NCBI GenBank assembly: GCA_963745635.1
Contig: CAVUYF010000013.1
Location: 273,369-337,368 of the forward strand
Length of the DNA stretch: 64,000 nt
Reading direction: 5' to 3'
Source: an uncultured Solirubrobacteraceae bacterium
GTDB taxonomy: Bacteria; Actinomycetota; Thermoleophilia; Solirubrobacterales; Solirubrobacteraceae
Part shown: positions 43,071-54,692 of the stretch, piece after piece
Layout of the letters: each line of letters starts with the position of its first letter
Numbering within the stretch: position 1 is the stretch's first letter
Notes under the pieces: generated by a model
Database searches by the model: none
What the model was told of the DNA's origin: nothing
What the model saw: the letters and a program-made list of their open reading frames with translations, nothing else
Translations under genes and position numbers: made by a program

Positions 43071-44201
43071 TCAGGGTTGACCTACGGAGAGCTCGAGCTG
43101 GTCCCCGGTGAAGCGCACGTCCACGGGCTCGAGGATGACCTGCCTGGGCCCGTCCTCCACGTGCCCGGCCAGCACCGCGGCAAGGCCCAACCCCTCGGCG
43201 AGCTCGACGATCGCCTGACCGGCGCCGGGCGGACAATAGAGCGCGTAGCCCGACCCCATGTTGAACGTCGAGTACGCCGCCGCCGCGTCCAGGCCGGCCT
43301 GCTCGACGAGGAAGCTCAGCACCTCCGGGACCTCGGGCAGGCGCTCGATGCGGTAGGTCAAGCGCTTGGCGGGACGCATCAGCTTGAGCAGCCCGTGGCC
43401 TGTGATGTGGCTGATGTAGGTGAGCTCGACGCCGGCGTCGAGCACGGCTGCGAGCAGCGGCACGTACATGACGGACGGCTCCAGCAGGGCCTCGCCCAGC
43501 GAGCTGTCGCCCGCGCCACGCTCGCCCCCGAGCCGCGTGGCGTAGCCCTCAGGCAGCCGCCCAGCGACGAGCCGCGCGAGCGAGGCGCCGTTGGCGTGCA
43601 GCCCGCTGGAGGCCACGAGCACGATCTCATCGCCGGGACCGAGGCGCTCGCCCAAGATCGCGGAGCGTCCCGCCGGCACGACACCCACGGCGGCCCCGGC
43701 GAGCTCGATGTCCTCCTCGGCGAGCATCCCTGGGAGCGTCGGGGACTCGCCACCCCCCCAGACGCAGCCGGCGTCGTCGCATGCCCGGCGCCAGCCCTCG
43801 AGCAGCGACTCGGAGCGCTCGGCCTGCAGGTACCACTCGGAGGCGCCGGTGGCGAAGTAGGCGTTGACGACGAGCGGCAGCGCGCCGACGCAGCAGAGGT
43901 CGTTGAGGATCGCGGCGACGGTGTCGTAGGCGACATCGGCGAAACGATCGATCCCCTGGGCCTCGAGCACGTGGCGCGCGATCATCGACTTGGTCCCCAA
44001 TCCCTCGACGACGAACGCGAACGTCTGCTCGCCGAGCTCGAACACGAACGCGGGCTCACCGCGGGAGGCGTCGACGGCGCGCCCGCCCCTGGCCGCCAGC
44101 AGCGGGGAGGTGGAGAGGGCCTTGGCCATCGCCGTGCGCTTGCCGGCGTCGAGCGTGTTGTAGTCAACTCCAGCCGCGCGATAGGCGTCGTGTTGGCTCA
44201 T
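43071..44201 (-). CDS. purM: Phosphoribosylformylglycinamidine cyclo-ligase (AIR synthase), divergent
   Basis: YRAAGVD, EGLGTK, NDL...GA.P, GGE, SSGLHANG, HITGHG, TFNMG.G. Confidence 0.85.
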   Translation of the reverse strand: MSQHDAYRAAGVDYNTLDAGKRTAMAKALSTSPLLAARGGRAVDASRGEPAFVFELGEQTFAFVVEGLGTKSMIARHVLEAQGIDRFADVAYDTVAAILNDLCCVGALPLVVNAYFATGASEWYLQAERSESLLEGWRRACDDAGCVWGGGESPTLPGMLAEEDIELAGAAVGVVPAGRSAILGERLGPGDEIVLVASSGLHANGASLARLVAGRLPEGYATRLGGERGAGDSSLGEALLEPSVMYVPLLAAVLDAGVELTYISHITGHGLLKLMRPAKRLTYRIERLPEVPEVLSFLVEQAGLDAAAAYSTFNMGSGYALYCPPGAGQAIVELAEGLGLAAVLAGHVEDGPRQVILEPVDVRFTGDQLELSVGQP

Positions 44202-44294
44202 CGGCGATGATCCTAATGCCCAGCCAACCCATTAGATCCGTCCATGACGGCGCTACGCGCCGGCTGGACTACTGCAGCCACCGAGGGAGAACCA

Positions 44295-45523
44295 ATGGAC
44301 TTCGAGCCGAGCCAGCGCTGTTCTGAATTCAAGGAGCGCCTGACGGCGTTCATGGACGAGTACATCTACCCGGCGGAGAAGGTGTACGAGCGCCAGCTGC
44401 GCGAGTCCGGCAACCCCCACTTCCAGCCGCCGATCATGGAGGAGCTGAAGGCGAAGGCGCGCGAGGCGGGCCTGTGGAACATGTTCCTGCCCGACGCCGA
44501 GCACGGCGCGGGACTGTCGAACAGCGACTACGCCCCGCTGGCTGAGATCCTCGGCCGCGCGCACATCGCCTCGGAGGCGTGCAACTGCTCGGCGCCGGAC
44601 ACGGGCAACATGGAGGTGCTGCACCAGTTCGGCACCGACGAGCAGAAGGACCGCTGGCTGACGCCGCTGTTGGATGGAGAGATTCGCTCTGCGTTCGCGA
44701 TGACCGAGCCCGACGTAGCGAGCTCAGACGCGACCAACGTCGCGCTGAGCATCGAGCGCGACGGGGACGAGTACGTGCTGAACGGCCGTAAGTGGTGGAT
44801 CACGAACGTGTACCACCCCAACTGCCGGATCCTGATCGTGATGGGCAAGACGCAGCCGGACGCGCCGACGTACACGCAGCAGAGCCAGGTGCTCGTGCCG
44901 CTGGACACGCCGGGCGTGACGGTGCTGCGCAACCTGCCGGTGTTCGGCTACACCGACCAGGACGGCCACGGGGAAATCGAGTTCGAGGACGTGCGCGTGC
45001 CGGTCACGAACGTGATCTCCAAGGAGGGCGACGGCTTCATGATCGCCCAGGCCCGCCTCGGCCCGGGGCGCATCCACCACTGCATGCGCGCGATCGGCGC
45101 GGCGGAGCGAGCGCTCGAGCAGATGTGCAAGCGGGCGGTCTCGCGGGTCACCTTCGGCAGCCGCTGGCCAGGCGCGGCAACATCCAGGACTGGATCGCGG
45201 AGTCGCGGATCGAGATCGAGATGACGCGGCTGCTGACGCTGAAGGCGGCGTGGATGATGGACACGGTCGGCAACCGCCACGCGCGCACGGAGATCTCGGC
45301 GATCAAGGTGGCGGCGCCGAACATGGCGCTGAAGGTGCTCGACCGCGCGATCCAGGTGCACGGCGGCGGCGGCGTCTCCGACGACTTCGGTCTCGCGCGC
45401 GCTTACGCGCACCTGCGCACGCTGCGACTGGCGGACGGCCCGGACGAGGTCCACAAGCTGTCGATCGCGCGGCGCGAGCTCGCGCCGTACATCCCGCGCG
45501 AGGCGGCGGCGAGCGCCGGTTGA
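44295..45523 (+). CDS. Acyl-CoA dehydrogenase (ACAD10/11-like; frameshift near 45160)
   Basis: [52 protein letters not shown]. Confidence 0.92.
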
Positions 45524-46209
45524 GCTCGCTCGTCTACCGCGAGCGCCCGGCACAGGGCGAGCCTGAGGGGCTGCTGATCCTGCACCACGGTCGCGGCTCG
45601 GACGAGAACGACCTGCTGACGCTCGGCGACGCGCTCGATCCCGACGCCGGCGGCTGCACGTGGTGACGCCGCGCGCGCCGCTGCAGCTGTCGGGCTCGCC
45701 GGGCTACCACTGGTACCTGGTGCCGCGCGTCGGCCACCCCGATCCCGACAGCTTCGACGCGGCCCGCCGCCAGCTCGGCGAGCTGCACGACGAGCTGTGG
45801 CAGCGCACGGGGCTCGACACCGGAGCGCACGGTCCTGGGCGGCTTCTCGATGGGAGCGGTGATGAGCTACGTGATGGGCTTCAGCGCCGAGCGCCCAGCG
45901 CCGGCGGGGATCATGGCGTTCTCGGGCTTCATCGCCACGGTCGAGCACTGGCAGCCGGACCTCGCCAACCGCAAGAACGTACGCGTGTTCGTCGCCCACG
46001 GGGCGCGCGATCAGGTGATCGGCGTCGAGTTCGCGCGCGTCGCCGCCGAGCGACTGCGCGACGCTGGACTATCGGTCGAGTACCACGAGTCGGAGGCAGG
46101 GCATCACATCGACCCGCGGGAGATCCCGAACGCTGGCGCGTGGCTGGAGGCGACGCTCGAGCGGCCACGCGACGCGGGGCGGTCAGCGACTCCCGGCGGG
46201 GTCGGATAG
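45520..46209 (+). CDS. Phospholipase/carboxylesterase (alpha/beta hydrolase; two frameshifts)
   Basis: [14 protein letters not shown] nucleophile elbow, HGARDQVI and GHHI spread across three frames. Confidence 0.82.
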
Positions 46210-46278
46210 CGCGCAGAGGAGCCCGTAAGGGCATAAGGTTGGCGACAGCGGGACACAACGTCCAGGAGGAGGAGTCGC

Positions 46279-47820
46279 ATGTCCGCCGCAGGGGTCAGCG
46301 CACAGCCGTCCACGAGTAGAGACGTGGCCGTCCTGATCGTCGGCGCGGGCTTCGGCGGGATCGCCGCGGCGATCGAGCTGCGCGAGCACGGGATCGCGGA
46401 CGTGGCGATCCTCGAGAAGGCCCCCGACCTGGGCGGCACGTGGTTCTACAACAGCTACCCGGGCGTCCGCGTGCGATGTGCCGAGCCACCTGTACTCGTT
46501 CTCCTACGCGCAGCGTCGCGACTGGTCGCGCCTGTGCTCGCCGCAGGAGGAGATCCACGCCTACCTGCACGAGGTGGCGCGCACACACGACGTCGAGCGC
46601 CTCGTGCGCACCGACACCGACGGTGACAGCCTGCTACGTGGGATGCAGGAGCGCTGCCGCTGGAACGTGGAGACGGCCCACGGCGAGACCTACACAGGCC
46701 GACGCGCTGATCCTGGCGACGGGACAGCTGCACCAGCCGGCGCGACCGGCGATCGAGGGCGCGGAGACGTTCGCGGGCCACAGCTTTCACTCGGCCGAAT
46801 GGGATCACTCCTACTCGCTGGCGGGAAAGCGGGTGGCGGTGATCGGCACGGGCGCCAGCGCCGTGCAGTTCGTCCCCGAGATCGCGCCTGCGGTGGCGCG
46901 CATGACGATCTTCCAGCGCAGCGGCAACTGGTTCATGCCGCGCGAGAACCGCCGCTACCCGGCGCTCCTGCGCGCAGCCATCGCAGCGATCCCCGGCGTC
47001 CAGGCGCTGCGCCGTAAATTCGTTTTCCAGTACACGGAGTCGCTGACGCTCGCGATCCGCCACCCGCGGACGGTCGGGCGGGCGGTGGGCGCGCGCTCGG
47101 CGGCGTTCATGCGCTCCCAGCTGAAGGACCCGCGGCTGCGCGAGAAGGCATGGCCCGACTACACGTTCGGCTGCAAGCGCATCCTGTTCAGCTCCCACTA
47201 CCTGCCGACGCTGGAACGGGAGAACGTGGAGCTCGTGACGGACGCGATCGCGCGCATCACGCCCACGGGGATCGTCACGGCGGCATCGTCCCCGGACGGG
47301 ACGGCTCCGAGCACGAGCTCGACTGCGTGATCTGGGCGACCGGCTTTCAGACCAACGACTTCATGTTCCCGATGCGCATCACCGGCCTCGACGGCCTCGA
47401 CCTCGAGGAGTACTGGTCGGGCGGCGCGCACGCGCACCTGGGCATGTGCGTCCCCGGGCTTCCCGAACATGTTCGTGCTGTACGGGCCCAACACGAACAC
47501 CTCCGGCGGCTCGATCATCGTCTACCTCGAGGCGCAGGCCGCGTACATACGCCAGGCCCTCCAGCAGCGTGCGCGCCCGTGGCGCGGGCGCGATCGAGGT
47601 GCGCCCGGAGGTGGAGGCCGCGAGCGACCGCGCGCTGCAGGCGCGCTTCGCCGGGACCGCATGGACTGAGTGCGACTCGTGGTATCGCAACGAGAACGGA
47701 AGGATCGTCGCCAACTGGCCCGGCTACATGCGCGAGTACCTCGAGCAGACCCGTCAGCTCGACGCCGGCGAGTACAGCTTCGTGGCGTCGACGAAGCCAG
47801 CGACCGCCGTGAGTGCCTAG
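46279..47820 (+). CDS. Baeyer-Villiger-type flavin monooxygenase (several frameshifts)
   Basis: GAGFGG, GGTW..NSYPG, FAGHSFHSAEWD (FxGxxxHxxxWD fingerprint), GTGASA, ATGF, GPNTN. Confidence 0.88.
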
Positions 47821-47844
47821 GGTGCCCGGGGAAACAGCGAGCCC

Positions 47845-50304
<2,460 letters not shown>

Positions 50305-50365
50305 CGCGCGCCGCGCCGGGCGGACTGAAGGGTGCAAGTCCGTCCCCAACTCCGAGGAGCTGCAG

Positions 50366-51622
50366 ATGAGACCAACGACCCGTATCGGCATGGCGCTGGT
50401 CGCCACGCTCGCGACAATGGCAGGCGTCAGCGCCACCGCGAGCGCGTTCGGCGCCCGATCGCATCACTCGCGTGGATCGAACCACCGCACAGGCTTCAAC
50501 CCGGGCCCCGGCCACGGCCCCGGGCCCGTCCACCGGCCGAGCCCCGGCCCCGGCCCAATTCACGGACCGGGCCCCGGCCCCGTGCCTACGCCTGGACCGC
50601 AGGGCGCGGTGTTCGTGCAGACGGACAACACCTCCGGCAACCAGATCGTCTCCTACGAGCGAGCATGGAATGGCACCCTCACCCAGGCGGGCGTGTTCGA
50701 CACCGGAGGACTGGGCGGCGTGCTCAGCGGATCTGAAGTGGACCACCTCGCCTCCCAGGGCTCGCTCGCGTACGACTCCGCCGACGGGCTGCTCTACGCG
50801 GTGAACGCGGGCAGCAACACGATCTCGGTGTTCGCGGTGTATGGCGACCAGCTGGCGCTGCGCCAGGTCATCAGCTCGGGCGGCGCGTTTCCGGTGAGCA
50901 TCGCCCTGTCACATGGGCTGGTGTACGTGTTGAACGCGGAGGAAGGCGGGTCGGTTCAGGGCTACGCGCTCCAGTTCGGTCACCTGGTCGCGATTCCGGG
51001 GTCCACTCGCGCGCTCGGCTTGAACCCGTCGGCGACGCCCCAGTTCACGAACACGCCCGGCCAGGTGGCGTTCTCACCGAACGGCCAGCAGCTGATCGTG
51101 ACGACAAAGGAAAACGGCAGCGACATCGACGTCTTTCAGGTAACCGGCTCCGGCCGCCTTTCGACTACACCTGTGGTGAACTCGCAGTCGGGCACGGTGC
51201 CCTTCGCGGTGAGCTTCGACCAGGAAGGACACCTGATCGTGGCCGAGGCCGCCGGCTTCGTGGCGAGCTTCGCGCTGAACGCCGACGGGACGATCACCCA
51301 GCTGGACTCGGTGGCAACCGAACAGGCCGCCACCTGCTGGATCGCCGCCGACGGGAGCTACTTGTTCGCTTCCAACGCGGGCAGCGCATCGCTCAGCGCC
51401 TTCCAGGCTGGACCCGGCGGCTCGCTCACCGCGCTGGGCAACACCCCCACCGACGCGGGCACGGTCGACGCGACGGTTTCCAGCGACGGACGCTTCCTGT
51501 ACGTGCAGACCGGCGCGGCAGGGATCGTGGACGAGTTCGCGCTTGGCGCGCACTCGCTGACGAGGATCGGCTCGGTCACGGTTCCAGGCGCGATCGGCGG
51601 CGAGGGAATCGTCGCCCAGTAG
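50366..51622 (+). CDS. Secreted lactonase-family beta-propeller protein with Pro-Gly/His linker
   Basis: Signal peptide; blade repeats LYAVNAGSNTISVF, VYVLN, AFSPNG, SSDGRFLYV. Confidence 0.82.
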   Translation: MRPTTRIGMALVATLATMAGVSATASAFGARSHHSRGSNHRTGFNPGPGHGPGPVHRPSPGPGPIHGPGPGPVPTPGPQGAVFVQTDNTSGNQIVSYERAWNGTLTQAGVFDTGGLGGVLSGSEVDHLASQGSLAYDSADGLLYAVNAGSNTISVFAVYGDQLALRQVISSGGAFPVSIALSHGLVYVLNAEEGGSVQGYALQFGHLVAIPGSTRALGLNPSATPQFTNTPGQVAFSPNGQQLIVTTKENGSDIDVFQVTGSGRLSTTPVVNSQSGTVPFAVSFDQEGHLIVAEAAGFVASFALNADGTITQLDSVATEQAATCWIAADGSYLFASNAGSASLSAFQAGPGGSLTALGNTPTDAGTVDATVSSDGRFLYVQTGAAGIVDEFALGAHSLTRIGSVTVPGAIGGEGIVAQ

Positions 51623-51732
51623 GCAAGCGCAGGCCCCCGCAGGCTGCGGCGTCTCACCTGGGCGCCGTAGCCTGCAGGGCGAGCAATGAACGGCATGAGC
51701 TGTGATCCCCATCCTCCACCTCTCGGCCCGCC

Positions 51733-52383
51733 ATGCGCGTGGGGTTGATCCCCGCCATCGCCGCGCCGCGTCGCAGGCGTGGCGCGCAGCCAGCGGACGA
51801 GGATGCGGATCTCGTCGCGCGCCTGCGGGCGGGCGACGAGCAGGCGTTCGTGGCGCTGGTGGCGCGTCATCACGCTGCGATGCTGCGACTGGCGGGCTCG
51901 TTCGTGTCGAGCGGGGCGGTGGCGGAGGAGGTCGTGCAGGACACGTGGGTGGGCGTGCTGCGCGGAATCGACGGTTTCGCGGAACGCTCCTCGTTCCGGA
52001 CGTGGCTGTTGCGGATACTCGTCAACCGCGCGAGAAGCACGGGCGTGCGTGAGCGCCGCAGCGTGGCCGTCGGCGACGCGGGCCCGGTCGTCGATCGTTC
52101 CCGCTTCGACGCGTCCGGGGCGTGGATGTCGCCCCCGCAGCACTGGATCGAGGACAGCGAGGACCGCATGCAGGCCGAGGCCCTGGCCGGCCACATTCAA
52201 AAGACCCTGGGCGAGCTCCCCGAGCGCCAGCGCGAGGTGGTCGTGCTGCGTGACGTGGACGGGCTGAGCAGCCACGAGGTGTGCGCGGTGCTGGAGATCA
52301 GCGACGCCAACCAGCGCGTGCTGCTCCATCGCGGACGCAGCCACCTGCGCCAGGCCCTGGAAGCGGAGATGGGAAGCGCATGA
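51733..52383 (+). CDS. ECF RNA polymerase sigma factor
   Basis: AEEVVQDTW, FRTWLLRILVN, LPERQR.V..LRD, NQRVLLHRGR. Confidence 0.92.
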   Translation: MRVGLIPAIAAPRRRRGAQPADEDADLVARLRAGDEQAFVALVARHHAAMLRLAGSFVSSGAVAEEVVQDTWVGVLRGIDGFAERSSFRTWLLRILVNRARSTGVRERRSVAVGDAGPVVDRSRFDASGAWMSPPQHWIEDSEDRMQAEALAGHIQKTLGELPERQREVVVLRDVDGLSSHEVCAVLEISDANQRVLLHRGRSHLRQALEAEMGSA

Positions 52384-52643
52384 GCATCCTCTCCCGCAAG
52401 GAAGATCTCGTCTGCCAGCAGGTGGTGGAGCTCGTGACCGACTATCTCGAGGGCGCCCTGTCGCGCTCGCAGCGGCGGCGCTTCGAGGCCCACCTGGCGG
52501 GCTGCGAGCACTGCACCGAGTACCTGGCGCAGATGCGTGCCACGATCGAGCTGACCGGCCGCCTGCAGGCCGAGGATCTCTCGCCTGAGATGCGCGCAGA
52601 GTTCTCGTCGATATACCGGCGCTGGCGCTCGGAAAGCGACTGA
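52380..52643 (+). CDS. zf-HC2 anti-sigma factor (soluble)
   Basis: CQQVVELVTDYLEG...HLAGCEHC. ATGA overlap with the sigma gene. Confidence 0.9.
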   Translation: MSILSRKEDLVCQQVVELVTDYLEGALSRSQRRRFEAHLAGCEHCTEYLAQMRATIELTGRLQAEDLSPEMRAEFSSIYRRWRSESD

Positions 52644-52653
52644 GAACCTGACA

Positions 52654-52679
52654 GCGCCCCCTTGACCGCGAGGGGGCGC
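52654..52679 (+). terminator. Hairpin after the anti-sigma gene
   Basis: 9-bp stem GCGCCCCCT/AGGGGGCGC; no U-tract. Confidence 0.45.
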
Positions 52680-52756
52680 GGGCCCATCGGCGGCAGCTGA
52701 GCGCTGGGCATCTACCTGCGCCGAGCGCCTGCCGCTGCGCTAGCGTCTCGGCCTCT

Positions 52757-54010
52757 GTGGCGAGGACCGGACCGCTAGTGGGAGGCAGGCATCGATCCCG
52801 AACCAGTGGACCTGCGCGATGGGCGGCGCTCGGCGCGCTGATGCTCGTGCTGGTGGTGGTTGGGCTGGCGCGGCGCGTAGCGACTGAGGCGACGCCGCCG
52901 TTGGCGATCCGGCGCGCGCTGGCCGCATATGTCCGCGTCCCGGGGCGCCCGCCGGCGCTGGCGTGGCCGCTGCATGGCCAGGCGACGGCCGAGATCGAAG
53001 GGGTCGGCAGCCTGGGTATCTCCGGAGACTCCAAGCCGGTGCCGATCGCGAGCGTGGCGAAGGTGATGACCGCCTATCTCACCCTGCTCGAGCACCCGCT
53101 GGCGGCCGGAGCACAGGGGTTCGTGATGAGGATCACGCTGGCGGACGTGGAGGAACAGGGAGACCGGGTCGCCCTGGGCGAGTCGACGGTCCCGGTGAGG
53201 GTCGGCGAGCGTCTCACCGAGCGCCAGGCGCTGCAGGCGCTGCTGCTGCCTTCCGCAAACAACATCGCCGCCGCGCTCGCGGTCTACGACGCGGGTGGGG
53301 TGCGGGCGTTCGTGGCGCGAATGAACGCCACCGCGCGCAAGCTGGGGATGGGCTCGACGACCTACACCGACCCGAGCGGCTTCGAACCGAGCACTGTCTC
53401 CACGGCCGCCGACCAGTTGAAGCTCGCGCGTGTGGCGATGCAGATCCCCGCGTTCGCGAAGATCGTGGCGGAACCATCGGCTGTGCTTCCGGTGGCGGGA
53501 AGGGTCACAAACTACAACGACCTGGTGGGTACGGAAGGGTATGTCGGTATCAAGACGGGCTCCGACAGCGCGGCGGGCGGCTGCCTGATGTTCGCCAAGC
53601 GCGTGACGATCGCGGGCCGGCACCTGACGGTGCTGGGGGTGGTGCTCGGCCAGCGCGAAGGTGCCTTCGTGGAAGCCGCGCTGCTCAGCGCTCAGCGACT
53701 CGGCAACTCCGCCGCCGCGGCGCTGCGCGTCGTGACGGTGCTCCCAGCCGGCACGCCTGTGCTGAGCGCCACGAACGTGAACGGCGGTCGGGCACAGGCG
53801 GTGACGAGAAGCCCCCTGCGGGAGGTCGGCTGGGGCGGCGCCGAGCTCCCGGCCCAGGTGCTCGGGCGCCGCTCCGTCACCCGGCTGCGAACCGGCGAGC
53901 GCGTGGCGACTGTGGCGGTCGGCGGCGCGAGCGCGGCAAGCACCGCAGCGGTCGCAGGAAGCGCGCTCGGAGGCCCGTCGCTCGGTTGGCGGCTCGAGCA
54001 TCTGCTCTGA
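52757..54010 (+). CDS. D-alanyl-D-alanine carboxypeptidase (peptidase S11)
   Basis: SVAK (SxxK), SAN (SxN) and KTG motifs; N-terminal TM. Confidence 0.9.
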   Translation: MARTGPLVGGRHRSRTSGPARWAALGALMLVLVVVGLARRVATEATPPLAIRRALAAYVRVPGRPPALAWPLHGQATAEIEGVGSLGISGDSKPVPIASVAKVMTAYLTLLEHPLAAGAQGFVMRITLADVEEQGDRVALGESTVPVRVGERLTERQALQALLLPSANNIAAALAVYDAGGVRAFVARMNATARKLGMGSTTYTDPSGFEPSTVSTAADQLKLARVAMQIPAFAKIVAEPSAVLPVAGRVTNYNDLVGTEGYVGIKTGSDSAAGGCLMFAKRVTIAGRHLTVLGVVLGQREGAFVEAALLSAQRLGNSAAAALRVVTVLPAGTPVLSATNVNGGRAQAVTRSPLREVGWGGAELPAQVLGRRSVTRLRTGERVATVAVGGASAASTAAVAGSALGGPSLGWRLEHLL

Positions 54011-54018
54011 GCAGGCTT

Positions 54019-54231
54019 CTAGTCATCCTCGCCACTCTTGCCAGGCGACGCGTTCTCCCGTTCGGCTGAGCGCAGACGCGAATCGGCCCCCCGGTGCCTG
54101 CGCTCGAGTTCTATGAGCCGCGACGCGCTGGTCAGGCGCGGACCGTACGCCTTCGCCTTGTAGAGGTCGTAGCGCTCGCGGTGGTAGCGCGCTTCCGCCT
54201 GCAGCTCCTCGATCTGGCGTAGGCCGATCAC
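54019..54231 (-). CDS. Small helical hypothetical protein (70 aa) coupled to the HTH regulator
   Basis: GTGA overlap with the upstream stop; IEELQAEARYHRERYDLYKAKAYG...LERR looks coiled-coil-like. Confidence 0.6.
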   Translation of the reverse strand: MIGLRQIEELQAEARYHRERYDLYKAKAYGPRLTSASRLIELERRHRGADSRLRSAERENASPGKSGEDD

Positions 54232-54536
54232 GAGTGGCTCAGGGCTCGCGGACTGGTGAGGACGGCCAGGAGATCGCCGACCTTCTGTTTGCGGGCGACG
54301 GCATCGGGGAGCGGAACGTCGGCGTGGATCTCGTAGATGTTGCGACGACCGGTGCGCTCTGGCGTGATGTAGCCGGCGTCTGCGAGCTCGGCGACGATGC
54401 GATGCGCGGCACGTTCTGTGATCCCCACCCGCTCGCTGATGTCGCGCAGACGTAGGCCCGGCTCGTCTGCGATGCAGACGAGGACCTGCGCGTGGTTGGT
54501 CAGGAAAGCCCACCGATGTATCTTGTCCTCGGGCAT
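54228..54536 (-). CDS. Winged-HTH (MarR/ArsR-like) transcriptional regulator
   Basis: WAFLTNHAQVL...LRDISERVGITERA.HRIV.EL...GY...R.GRRN.Y. Confidence 0.85.
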   Translation of the reverse strand: MPEDKIHRWAFLTNHAQVLVCIADEPGLRLRDISERVGITERAAHRIVAELADAGYITPERTGRRNIYEIHADVPLPDAVARKQKVGDLLAVLTSPRALSHS

Positions 54537-54537
54537 G

Positions 54538-54578
54538 TCTCTAGATTAGCATTTCTAGAGAACCATTTCATGGTTCTC
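54538..54578. promoter_or_regulatory. Two overlapping inverted repeats covering a leaderless promoter
   Basis: TCTCTAGA-N8-TCTAGAGA (54538-54561) and GAGAACCAT-N3-ATGGTTCTC (54558-54578). Minus-strand TGcTAATCT lies 6 nt before the ATG at 54536. Confidence 0.7.
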
Positions 54579-54692
54579 CCGGGCGGTCCGATGGCGCTCT
54601 GCGGTCGGCGAACGCTGGGCGCCCAGGATGCCCGCGCCCCCGAGCGACGCACCGACGAAAGCGCTCACGAGCGCGTAGGCTTGGAAGTGGTC

